This document shows positions 1 to 9,196 of a DNA stretch of 64,000 nucleotides, piece by piece. The notes beneath the pieces were generated by a model. That model searched no databases and was not told the DNA's origin. It worked only from the letters and a program-made list of their open reading frames with translations. The position numbers and the translations under genes are program-made. Source of the stretch: a virus; the IMG/VR virus record IMGVR_UViG_3300025141_000046, positions 29,275 to 93,274 of that record; one strand, 5' to 3'. Each line of letters begins with the position of its first letter. Position 1 is the stretch's first letter.

Positions 1-1795
1 TTGCATCTGCTTTATTCTCAGATGATACCTTGTATTCATCACTGTCCTCTTCATCCTGTACAATTGCTGAATGATCAACAAACGGCTTCTTTCTCTGTCT
101 CTTTCTGTTTGCGTAAGCTTTGTCATCAGCTTTTTTGTACTCAGATAATTTTATCCCTAGCGACTTTGTAATATTATCAACTCTCTCTTGGGCTTTTATC
201 GGAGATCTATCATCTGATACGCTTAGCCTTGTGAAATCGGGCTCAGTTAGAATCTTAAGGTTACCCTGATTCACATTGTCAGAGTCAGAAAGTTCTACTG
301 GAGACTCACCCGGTTCTCCTCCAGGCATAGGAATATCGGGCATAGCCGGAGGTTCAATCTCATCAGTATCTTCACCTTGTGGTGTGGGTAATGTTACCGA
401 CTCTATTCTTAGATCATCAAGCTTATCAACTTCTCTCTGTATTTTAATTTCTTCAATTTGATCATCTGTCATATTGAATAATTTCTTTCTTACCCAGTCG
501 CGACTCACTAGACCCTCAATATTATTTGCAGTAGTTGCTACATCAAACCTAGTCCTATAGAGTTCTAATTTTTGCTGCTGGGCTATTGTTGATGGATTAG
601 ATAACCTGAGTTGAAAATCTAAAAGATCTTCTCCTTCGAAACCGTTACAATAAAGGTGTATTATTGCAATTTTATTTAGTTCTGCAACAACAGTTCTCTG
701 AATTCTTGCAATAGTCCTGCTGAATCTTACATCCTCTTGCGACAGTGTTGCTTTTGCGCCCAGACCTTCATCATATCCGAGATACGCCTTTGGAATCTTT
801 AGAGCGGCAAATAGTTTCTTTTGAATATACTCTACATCTTCAATAGCAGCAGTATTTTGTCCCCCAGCAAGAGAGTCTATCTTAGTTCCAGACTCGCTAC
901 CTCGTACTGGAAGGTAATAGTCTTCATCAACAGAGAGAGGATTATATCGCAAATCAACACGTCCAGATGTTCTGTCGACGACTTGCGCTTTCTTTAAAGT
1001 TGCTTGAACTTGCTCCATGTAATTTGGAATATCTTCAGGCGGAACATTTCCAACATCAATATAAAAAACTCTTCTCTCAGGTGATCTAACAATTCTATAC
1101 ACGAGCATTGCATCTTCTACAAGTATAAGTTGACGCCAGATCCGTCTTGCCGATTCTAAGACTGACGATCCGTATGGTAAGAAAGCATCGTTTCCAAGAA
1201 CTCTCATGTGTGAAACTTGCCAATTTTCAAGAATCTGGTTTCCCTGCGTTACCCACCTAAACCTAACTGCCATGGGATCATCTGGATCAAAGCCCTCCTC
1301 TCTTTCTATTTCATTTACCGGTATTGGGAATGCGCTGATGATTCCATGCTCTGGTGATACATCATTGAATAAAAAGAAATCTCCGTACTTACACAAGTTT
1401 CTAGCCCAGGCTGTTAAATTAAACTCTACATTTAATGTGTCATAAAAGAGATCGTGCAAAAGTTTTTCTATGGTGTGATTTTCTGAATACACATGCAAAA
1501 CTTGGCCATGTTCATCTGCTGCCACTGTTTCTTCGGAGTAGATATCAAGTGCACTAGATATTTCCGGTGTGTATTCCATTTCGCTGAAATCTGAATATCT
1601 TGCCATTCTATCATAAGTGCCATATGCACTCATTGCACTGCTGTACACGTGGCTCTGGTTTTTTCTAAAGAGCTCAAAAGCTGACGAAGTTTTAATAGAA
1701 GAGTCTAGGTTCCTGACCTTTCTTTTAATAACAGGCCCACTCCTAAACAGTGTTGTGAGCCTTCTAAATAGAGATGTTGCTGGTTCTTCTGCCAT
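1..1795 (-). CDS. Portal protein, T4 gp20-like (3' end runs off the window)
   Basis: Not in the ORF track because it has no stop in the window. Hand translation from ATG at 1795: MAEEPATSLFRRLTTLFRSG...YSDFSEMEYTPEISSALDIY...WARNLCKYGDFFL...RRIWRQLILVEDAMLVYRIVRSPERRVFYIDVGNVP...EDYYLPVRG...IEDVEYIQKKLFAALKIPKAYL...EDVRFSRTI. These are gp20-family motifs. It lies directly downstream of the terminase. Confidence 0.95.
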   Translation of the reverse strand, partial: MAEEPATSLFRRLTTLFRSGPVIKRKVRNLDSSIKTSSAFELFRKNQSHVYSSAMSAYGTYDRMARYSDFSEMEYTPEISSALDIYSEETVAADEHGQVLHVYSENHTIEKLLHDLFYDTLNVEFNLTAWARNLCKYGDFFLFNDVSPEHGIISAFPIPVNEIEREEGFDPDDPMAVRFRWVTQGNQILENWQVSHMRVLGNDAFLPYGSSVLESARRIWRQLILVEDAMLVYRIVRSPERRVFYIDVGNVPPEDIPNYMEQVQATLKKAQVVDRTSGRVDLRYNPLSVDEDYYLPVRGSESGTKIDSLAGGQNTAAIEDVEYIQKKLFAALKIPKAYLGYDEGLGAKATLSQEDVRFSRTIARIQRTVVAELNKIAIIHLYCNGFEGEDLLDFQLRLSNPSTIAQQQKLELYRTRFDVATTANNIEGLVSRDWVRKKLFNMTDDQIEEIKIQREVDKLDDLRIESVTLPTPQGEDTDEIEPPAMPDIPMPGGEPGESPVELSDSDNVNQGNLKILTEPDFTRLSVSDDRSPIKAQERVDNITKSLGIKLSEYKKADDKAYANRKRQRKKPFVDHSAIVQDEEDSDEYKVSSENKADA

Positions 1796-1805
1796 ATTCT
1801 ATATC

Positions 1806-3443
1806 CTATAGGATCCATTTCCAATCATTAAGTATCTTTATTTTATTCTTTATATCCGTACTGTGAATACCTCTTTTAGCAGGCATGCGTGGATCTACAC
1901 CTTTTCTATCAGTCCCAGGGTTATTATGAGGTCTTTCGTCTAAAATTGCATCAGGAATATCATCATACGTAGTTCTTGTAACAGACATAGCTTTTATCAT
2001 TGAATCATTTAGCGTTTTGCTATCCTTGCTATATCCCTCAGATGAATCACATATCCATGTACCAATTGCAAGACTCATAACTAGATCATCATTGTGACCC
2101 TTCATGCCCTGTGCTTTCTGCCCTATCCATATAAATGTCTTAAGCTCTTCATATGTTCTGCTGCTGTAAATTTTTAACATTTTATTTCTTAACATTTCTT
2201 CAAGCTTTGTTAAAACTAGAGATCTAGTTCTACCGCTTGTTGTAAATCCTGCAAGATCAGGACTTGCATCTGGAACATAATCACCAATAAAAATAGCTTT
2301 TCTTTTCTTGTAGTATAGATTCGGATATTGAATTTCTTTCATTTTTAATATTGTTGCATATCCGTAAGAATTATTTTCTGGGCATACGACTGCATTATTA
2401 TATTTTTCGCCATATTCTGCTAGAAGTTCACCAAGCCTATCTGGCGGAATTTTCCCCTTATACTCTGCGACAACTTCTGACTCTCCTGCGTCAATGACAT
2501 GAAAAGTTGAATAATCTCTTGAATCTCCGCGAGAAACATCTGCTGAAATAATATAATCGTGTTCGCTTAGCGGGTACTTCCATGTCCACACTCCATGATC
2601 AGGGCCAGACCTTTCAATAGGCTTCCTTATTAGCTCTCTGATGTACTCTAAATCGTTCTTTGATAGAAAGGTTTCACCGGATGCTGCAAAGTCACAGAGA
2701 TACTCCTGCGCAATCTGTCTATCAGATAGATTTTTTGTTGTTTCGTCAAACCACGAGACATCTCTCTCTGGGTGTGCATCCCAGGGTAGCCTGATTGATT
2801 TAAATTCATTTAAACCTGCTTCAGCGTCTGTGTAAAGCTTGTGATACTGGCCGCCGACACCGTTGGGAGTTGATAGAATTATAACTCTTCCGCCTGTAGA
2901 AATAGTGGGATATAAACCCATCCATAGTGAATCAAAATTCTTTACAAACGCAGCCTCATCAACAATTAGCAAAGAAAGTGCTTCTGACCTACCAGCATCA
3001 TCAGATGTTGGAATTGCCTTTATGGTAGAGCCATTGCCAAATTGTAAAAGTTGCTTATTGTTTGAAATTAGCTCAGGTAGAATTATCCAGCTAGGAAGTC
3101 CCCTGAGCATTGTCTTAACTTTTGTTATGAAGTTTTGAGCTACAGTAAGCTTTGTTGCAATAACAAGTATATTTTTATCTCTTTGATAAAGTGCCATCCA
3201 GAGAGAATATGCTGCAACAAGTGTTGATAGGCCAAGTTGCCTTGATTTTAAAACTATTGAAAATCGCTCATCGAGAAATGTTTCAATACAATCGTCCTGG
3301 AACACGAAGGTGTCAAATTTTATTAGACCGCGGACAGGATGTTGTATCTTTACATAATTGTTAAAAAAATAAACCGGGTCCTTACCGCACTTAATAATTT
3401 CTTGAACTTGCTTACTTTTTGTCGGTACAGCCATCTTAATCAA
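1806..3443 (-). CDS. terL: Terminase large subunit (T4 gp17-like)
   Basis: KCGKDPVYF N-terminus, Walker A KSRQLGLST, Walker B LLIVDEAAF, coupling motif ILSTPNG, RNase H-like nuclease ISADVSRG...ENN...DDLVMS. Confidence 0.96.
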   Translation of the reverse strand: MIKMAVPTKSKQVQEIIKCGKDPVYFFNNYVKIQHPVRGLIKFDTFVFQDDCIETFLDERFSIVLKSRQLGLSTLVAAYSLWMALYQRDKNILVIATKLTVAQNFITKVKTMLRGLPSWIILPELISNNKQLLQFGNGSTIKAIPTSDDAGRSEALSLLIVDEAAFVKNFDSLWMGLYPTISTGGRVIILSTPNGVGGQYHKLYTDAEAGLNEFKSIRLPWDAHPERDVSWFDETTKNLSDRQIAQEYLCDFAASGETFLSKNDLEYIRELIRKPIERSGPDHGVWTWKYPLSEHDYIISADVSRGDSRDYSTFHVIDAGESEVVAEYKGKIPPDRLGELLAEYGEKYNNAVVCPENNSYGYATILKMKEIQYPNLYYKKRKAIFIGDYVPDASPDLAGFTTSGRTRSLVLTKLEEMLRNKMLKIYSSRTYEELKTFIWIGQKAQGMKGHNDDLVMSLAIGTWICDSSEGYSKDSKTLNDSMIKAMSVTRTTYDDIPDAILDERPHNNPGTDRKGVDPRMPAKRGIHSTDIKNKIKILNDWKWIL

Positions 3444-3822
3444 CTTTGAAAGTTGTAAATCTCCTATAATACGCAGTTCTTTTTGGAGAAAAAGGAGATG
3501 CTGTGATCACCTCTATTGAATCATTTGTATCCAGCTCTTTGCACTTTAGAGCTCTACCAGCTTGTGACTTGAACTCCTTTTTTAACTCCTTAATATACTC
3601 CTTGATAATTGCAAAAGATTCATCTTCAAAAGACTTTGCTTGATCTCTTAGATTTCTATCACTCATAAGGTTGACAATTGTAGTATATGCACACGTTATA
3701 GTGTCTCCCTGCACAGAGACATTTATACCAGCTGTAGGTACTTTTTTATTAAGGCCGCCTGGATATCCCCAGGTGTGATTTGTAATTTGCCCCAAATAAT
3801 TAATTTCTTCTGATGTAAGCAT
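3436..3822 (-). CDS. Hypothetical phage protein (128 aa)
   Basis: ORF with upstream AGAGG, overlaps the terminase start by 8 nt; no recognisable motif. Confidence 0.75.
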   Translation of the reverse strand: MLTSEEINYLGQITNHTWGYPGGLNKKVPTAGINVSVQGDTITCAYTTIVNLMSDRNLRDQAKSFEDESFAIIKEYIKELKKEFKSQAGRALKCKELDTNDSIEVITASPFSPKRTAYYRRFTTFKVD

Positions 3823-3836
3823 TTTTTTAAAAACCT

Positions 3837-4088
3837 CTAGATGTAATTATCTATCTCATTTAGAATTGAATACACACTTTTCTCATTCTGGATCTTAAAT
3901 TTTTTAATTTCATCTTTTGACGGACGCCAGCCTGCTTCCCATTTTTTACGATTTGGCTGGAAAAAAGTAAGCTCGCAGCTTCTACACACGCCTACGAGCA
4001 TTTTTGATCTATGATCTATAGAATTTAAACTCAAGACTCCGCAAGTATCACAAAATACTTTTGCTTTATTTTTATACAAATTTGACAT
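3837..4088 (-). CDS. Small zinc-finger protein (CxxC...CxxC)
   Basis: FCDTCG...VCRSCE...WEAGWRP; likely start is MSNLYK at 4088, overlapping the SbcCD stop (track start at 4148 lies deep inside the upstream gene). Confidence 0.7.
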   Translation of the reverse strand: MSNLYKNKAKVFCDTCGVLSLNSIDHRSKMLVGVCRSCELTFFQPNRKKWEAGWRPSKDEIKKFKIQNEKSVYSILNEIDNYI

Positions 4089-7000
4089 ATGAATCTTTTC
4101 CTTTTTTAATAATTTCAACAGAGTTATCAACACAATCTTTGACTGCATCTACATGTGATATTACTATAATATTTCTAAACCACTTTTTTAGTGATTCGAG
4201 CAGTCTTGTACACGCCTCTAGATTTGTTGCGTCTAGTGATCCAAAACCCTCATCAATGATCATCATATTTGTCTTTGTTAAAGATGATGTATTGATGAGA
4301 GAAACTCTTATTGCCAAAGACGCAATCATTTTTTCCATTCCGGATGCTAACTCAATAACTCTCTTACTATCACCGTAATCTATGTAGACATCAAGTGCAT
4401 TTGTACTCAAGTCTGTTTCAAGCGTCACAGTAAAATCAACGACACCTTGAAGAACTGATTCAATTTCCCTGTTTATTACGGGCAATCTTGACATCATTAT
4501 TTGGAGCGGTATACCTTTTTTTGAAACTGCTTGGGAAAATAAATCATATATTCTCATCTGCCTTTTTAGCTGGTTGTGATTTTCTTTATCATCCTCTAGA
4601 GATTTAATTGTAAATTTTAACTTAGCTATTTTTTCAATTAGTTTAGTTTGTGATTTTTCAAAATTTTCAATTTTTTCGGCAACAGAGTTTATTTTTATCT
4701 TGATGTCTGCTACTCCTTCATCCCTGTGTGTCTCTAGAAATAGAGACATTTTCTCTTTTTCCCTTTCAAGGTCGCCTAGTTTCTCTTTGCTTCTAATGAT
4801 AGATTCCTCAAGATTAGATTCTTTTTCAATATCAAGATTTATATTTCCTGAAAGATCTTTTGATTTGAGAAATAGAGCTTCATATTTTCTAATTTTTTCA
4901 TCTGGATTAATATTGTTAATAATATCTAGACTTTCTTTGCAATCATTTAATGACTGAAGAGATGCTGCTATTGTCTCCTCTTGTGATTCTATCAGTGCTT
5001 TATCTTCATGAGATGACTTGATAAACATGCACGTGGGAAATTTGTCGCCACACGGAACTTGATTAAGTCTTTCTGCAGATTCGTTTAACCTTTTAATATT
5101 TGATAAAGATTTTTCATAGTTGCTTGAAAGTGTAATCAAGCTCTTTTCCATAGCGATCTTTGCGTCTCTTTGATCTTTAAGCTCAGAAATAGAAATCAAA
5201 TTACAGACAGCATCAATTCTTTTTAACTTTTCTTTCTTTTCTATAATCGAGGTAGAAATAGAGATTTTAGTTTCTTCACTAAGCTCAATTTTTTCAACCA
5301 GACTCTTTATTTCATTTTTCTTACTGGAAAGTTCAGAAATAGTATAACAGTTCCTAGATGAAAATCCAAGCTGGGAAATTTGATTTCTCAGATCTGCTAG
5401 ATCTTCTCTTGAAGATTTAATATTTACTTTTAGCTCTTTTAGACTAGACTCTAGCTCTTTTAGTGACACCTTTTCTTCTGATATTTTTAGAGTCCAGTCT
5501 TCCTTCTTAATAGATCTAGACAGTGCCTTGATAGATCCGTAATCCTGTTTGCAAGAATCACTCATTTTTTCAAAAACTTCAAGATCTAAAAATTTTGTTA
5601 AAATACTTTTTCTGCTAGTTGAACCTTCACTAATGAACCTATTCATGTCTCCCTGACACGCGAGTGATGTCATTAAAAAGTCATCAGACGTACCAATCAG
5701 TTTTCTTAAAACTTTTTCTGTCTCTCTTCTCTGCTCTTCTGTTAGATTTTCTTTAACCTCACCATCTTTTGAAAGTTTTTGAAGATCTAGAGATGTCGAA
5801 GCATAAACTTCATTCTTTCTAGTTGTATGCTTGACTGTCCCCCTGCTTATTCTAAATCTTTCACCATTAAGCTTAATATCAACAGACGCCTTGGCGAAAT
5901 TTTTTCTACTATTTACAATGTGAAGATTTTTTACAGGACCCCTGTCTGTGGTATTAAAAAGACAGTACATAAGTGATCCAATAATTGAAGATTTTCCTTT
6001 TGTATTTTTTCCGAATATTCCAGTAATTCCTGTATTTTTAGCAAAATCAATTCTATTATCTTTCCCATACGAAAATAGATTATCAAAATTAAAACTTTCG
6101 ATTCCCCATCTTGCGTTTCTAATAGTCTCATCATCTGATGCTACTAGGGAAAAATATTTATCAACAAGATCCTTTATATCATCCCTCTCTTCTTGCTCTA
6201 GAGAAGATGCCTTGAAATAATCTCTAAAAAGTGAATAATGTGTCGATATATCACGTAAATTCGAGTCATTCTCGCTGGCAAGGCTAGCAATTTTCTTAGA
6301 GCCAGCTTGGTTTTCACTCTTGAAAACAACCTCTTCTGCTGCCATATCAGACTTAAGACGTGCTGATATTTCTTGAGAATCAGCTTGGGTGAGCTGCTCT
6401 TTTGATCTAATTCTAAACCTAGCCCCATCTTGGCATGTAGATGCTAATTGTAATGTATCAAGGACTGTCCCAGCCCAGTCAATTGTAACAAATTGAGAGT
6501 AGTGTGGTATTTTATAGAACTTACTCGTGAACTTGTCACTGCTTTCTATATCCCACAGTAAAAATCCCTTGCCTATATCCTCACCGTAATTTTGCTGAAT
6601 AGCTGACCCGCAATATGCAATTGTCTTTTTGCTATCCAGATACTGTCTTCTGTGTATGTCTCCCAAAAGGGAGAACTGAAAGTTCTCAAATAGATCAACT
6701 GTTGTGTCGCCTTCGATCTCCCAATCAATGTCTGTCTTTGATCCCCAAACGGCACCGTGAAAGAGTGCGATATTTACATCTCCGTCAATTGGTCTGACTT
6801 TCTGCCAGCCTGCTTCATCAAAGCAAGAAAAAACACACCAGTTAAAGCCAGGAGTTCCCGTTGGGTACACGCCAGATTCTTTATAGAGATGAATATTCTT
6901 ATTATCAAGTGCAGATATTATTGGAGTTATTGCATCCTGGCGATCTTTATTTAGCATTAATCCGTCATGATTGCCTAAAATAATATGAACTGGGCATATC

Positions 7001-7209
7001 TCTGCCATTGAAGTAAACCACCACACTAGTCTATCAATTAACTCTGGGGATATACCCTGAGTCTTCGAATGAACTATGTCGCCACCAACATAAATTACGT
7101 CTGGTTTAAGATTTTTACACTGTTTAAAAAATTCACTAAAAGATCTTGTATACTCTTCATGTCTAGAAAGACCCCTCCAGTGAATATCAGCAATATGAAT
7201 TATTCTCAT
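4072..7209 (-). CDS. Mre11/SbcD nuclease fused to Rad50/SbcC ATPase (gp47-gp46-like fusion)
   Basis: N-terminal metallophosphoesterase motifs HIADIH, GGDIVH, GNHD, LFHG, LGDIH, YCGS; then Walker A GKNTKGKSS, Q-loop, long coiled coil with a central Cys pair, signature LASGMEK, Walker B/D-loop IIDEGFGSLD, H-loop VISH. Confidence 0.93.
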   Translation of the reverse strand: MRIIHIADIHWRGLSRHEEYTRSFSEFFKQCKNLKPDVIYVGGDIVHSKTQGISPELIDRLVWWFTSMAEICPVHIILGNHDGLMLNKDRQDAITPIISALDNKNIHLYKESGVYPTGTPGFNWCVFSCFDEAGWQKVRPIDGDVNIALFHGAVWGSKTDIDWEIEGDTTVDLFENFQFSLLGDIHRRQYLDSKKTIAYCGSAIQQNYGEDIGKGFLLWDIESSDKFTSKFYKIPHYSQFVTIDWAGTVLDTLQLASTCQDGARFRIRSKEQLTQADSQEISARLKSDMAAEEVVFKSENQAGSKKIASLASENDSNLRDISTHYSLFRDYFKASSLEQEERDDIKDLVDKYFSLVASDDETIRNARWGIESFNFDNLFSYGKDNRIDFAKNTGITGIFGKNTKGKSSIIGSLMYCLFNTTDRGPVKNLHIVNSRKNFAKASVDIKLNGERFRISRGTVKHTTRKNEVYASTSLDLQKLSKDGEVKENLTEEQRRETEKVLRKLIGTSDDFLMTSLACQGDMNRFISEGSTSRKSILTKFLDLEVFEKMSDSCKQDYGSIKALSRSIKKEDWTLKISEEKVSLKELESSLKELKVNIKSSREDLADLRNQISQLGFSSRNCYTISELSSKKNEIKSLVEKIELSEETKISISTSIIEKKEKLKRIDAVCNLISISELKDQRDAKIAMEKSLITLSSNYEKSLSNIKRLNESAERLNQVPCGDKFPTCMFIKSSHEDKALIESQEETIAASLQSLNDCKESLDIINNINPDEKIRKYEALFLKSKDLSGNINLDIEKESNLEESIIRSKEKLGDLEREKEKMSLFLETHRDEGVADIKIKINSVAEKIENFEKSQTKLIEKIAKLKFTIKSLEDDKENHNQLKRQMRIYDLFSQAVSKKGIPLQIMMSRLPVINREIESVLQGVVDFTVTLETDLSTNALDVYIDYGDSKRVIELASGMEKMIASLAIRVSLINTSSLTKTNMMIIDEGFGSLDATNLEACTRLLESLKKWFRNIIVISHVDAVKDCVDNSVEIIKKGKDSYVKFV

Positions 7210-7269
7210 GATCCTCTTTGGACACTTGCAATTAAATTATTATACATACACACCAGATGTACAAATTTA

Positions 7270-7626
7270 TTAATAGTCATCCGTGTGCATCTTGTATTCA
7301 AGATAATCGTATACAGCACTTATTTTTTCTGCTGCTCGAGCTATTTTACTCTGCGACCACGGGGGTAAATCATCTTCATCATTAAGCATATCATACAAGC
7401 TTTGTGCTTTAGTAAAGATATAATACAGGTGCTTTTTAGCGGCGCGGCCTTCACTATCAGATGATTTTACATGACCGTAGCTTAAGTTTCTGCCCGGGTT
7501 ATCATCGCCAGGGACTTCTCTTTGTTGAACAATTCCGGGGGAGGCTCTATCTGAAAAAATCGCATCATCCTGTAAAACAGTCATTATTTCTTCATAAATT
7601 AATTTTCTAATTTCTGACATTTTCAT
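7270..7626 (-). CDS. Hypothetical phage protein, possible internal head/virion protein
   Basis: N-terminal IRKLIYEEI and a C-terminal helical domain EGRAAKKHL...DLPPWSQSKIARAAEKISAVYDYL that resembles a small domain of large T4-like phages (from recall, unverified). Confidence 0.6.
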   Translation of the reverse strand: MKMSEIRKLIYEEIMTVLQDDAIFSDRASPGIVQQREVPGDDNPGRNLSYGHVKSSDSEGRAAKKHLYYIFTKAQSLYDMLNDEDDLPPWSQSKIARAAEKISAVYDYLEYKMHTDDY

Positions 7627-7657
7627 GATTGCTCGCCGTCCTAGCTTATAAATATTT

Positions 7658-8620
7658 CTAAAAAAGAGATCCTGACTTTAAAGATCTTATTTTAAACATT
7701 AGGCTTTCATCTCTTGACCAAGATTTTGACTCTTTTGACATGACAGCGAACTCTTTTTTTGACATTTCGCCTACATCTTTTTTTGTATTGTTTTCTAATA
7801 TTCTCACACTGCAACCACGCATAGATAGATTTTTGGCAATTTTATGAGATTCTAACTTCATATCTTGATCAAGAGCAAGCAAGATAGGAGTTCTATTTTC
7901 AATAATCTTTGAATAAAGTCTGCTAGCCGTAGAAAGTTTTGATCCTAGCAGACAAGTTGAATTTCCGCTCGCTTTCATTAAATCAAAAATGCCTTCAACA
8001 AGTGTAAGCTCAGAATTCCAGTCTATATTCATTTCATTAAAAATTATTTCTGTCTTTTTTGCTTTAGAATTTAGATATTTTGGAAAACCCTTTGCATCAA
8101 TTGACCTTGATACAAAGTAATTCAAAGATCCAGACAGGTCAAATGAAGGAACTATGACTCTTCTTTTAAAGTATGAGCTTTTACATGTACCAATATTAAA
8201 GTACCACATGTCTCTTTGTGTAATATTGCGTCTCTTGCAGTATGAGATAACATCTCTAATATCAGGATCAAAACCTTGAAAAGAAGCAAGATGTACAAAA
8301 TTATCAGGCAGAATTACAAAATATTTGTCTTCTTCATTCTCAATATTTTTATTTTTTGTCCCAGACGGGAGGCCAAATAATCTCTCAAACTCTTTTGCGT
8401 GGGCTCTCGGCCTATGCTTTTTCAAAATAAAATATAAATTTTTACTTTTTTCACCACAAATCCAGCAATGACACATCCATGAATCTGTATTGATTGAAAA
8501 TTTTCCCTTCTTCTCTCCGCATGATGGACACCCAACTGCTACATTGACTCCGTCTCTAGCAATTTTTAAAGATCCGAAAGACCTTTTTAAAAATTCAATC
8601 TTTTCTGTGTGAGATCTCAT
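7658..8620 (-). CDS. DNA primase (DnaG/gp61-type: Zn finger + TOPRIM)
   Basis: CPSC...CHCWIC zinc-binding domain, RVIVPS, PKYLNS, TOPRIM LVEGIFD, LALDQD, KDVGEM. Confidence 0.9.
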   Translation of the reverse strand: MRSHTEKIEFLKRSFGSLKIARDGVNVAVGCPSCGEKKGKFSINTDSWMCHCWICGEKSKNLYFILKKHRPRAHAKEFERLFGLPSGTKNKNIENEEDKYFVILPDNFVHLASFQGFDPDIRDVISYCKRRNITQRDMWYFNIGTCKSSYFKRRVIVPSFDLSGSLNYFVSRSIDAKGFPKYLNSKAKKTEIIFNEMNIDWNSELTLVEGIFDLMKASGNSTCLLGSKLSTASRLYSKIIENRTPILLALDQDMKLESHKIAKNLSMRGCSVRILENNTKKDVGEMSKKEFAVMSKESKSWSRDESLMFKIRSLKSGSLF

Positions 8621-8644
8621 CCGTTTTAATTTTATAATTTTGAT

Positions 8645-9196
8645 CTATATTTTACAATCTATAATTCCTGCACGAGAAACAATATACGCATCAATCATAT
8701 CATGTGATCTCGGATCAACAACAATCTCTCCTTTTCTAGGACCTGATTTTAATTTTTTTTCTGGCCACTTGTAATCTACATTTGTCATAGCCCAGACATA
8801 AAGTTGATCCTTAACTGGTAAGCCGCCGTCTTTTTTTCTTTTTATTTTAATACCAAGTGATTTTCTAGCAGTGTTTACATTAAAAAATATAGGCTCAATA
8901 TTAAAAATCTCAAAGCACGAAAAAGACACTATTCCATTAAACTTTGAAAGAGTTGAAATTGTCCGCGCTGATGAAAATCCTGATCTAAATGATTGAAGAT
9001 TCTCTTCTACAAATATTTTTTCAATCTTGTACTTTTTAGATATTGCTGTCAAGACATTCTTTACAGACTCACCTTTTTTAAATATTGATTTTTCCTTGCT
9101 TGTATCAATATACCCAGTTTCAACTATTTTCTCATTGATGTCGAGCACACACCACCCTGTGCAAGAAGTTGAAATATCAAGGCCAAGTGCAATCAC
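8645..9196 (-). CDS. RuvC-like Holliday junction resolvase
   Basis: LGLDISTSCTGW, IFVEE, DMIDAY acidic RNase H-fold motifs; 183 aa. Confidence 0.85.
   Translation of the reverse strand: MIALGLDISTSCTGWCVLDINEKIVETGYIDTSKEKSIFKKGESVKNVLTAISKKYKIEKIFVEENLQSFRSGFSSARTISTLSKFNGIVSFSCFEIFNIEPIFFNVNTARKSLGIKIKRKKDGGLPVKDQLYVWAMTNVDYKWPEKKLKSGPRKGEIVVDPRSHDMIDAYIVSRAGIIDCKI

Noticed and set aside
7231-7270. Sigma70 promoter upstream of the SbcCD gene (TTGTAC...TATAAT)
   Set aside because: Spacer is only 14 nt; not convincing enough to list.
1806-8620. Inteins or introns in terminase, SbcCD or primase
   Set aside because: Lengths and motif spacing are normal; no intein termini or LAGLIDADG/HNH motifs seen.
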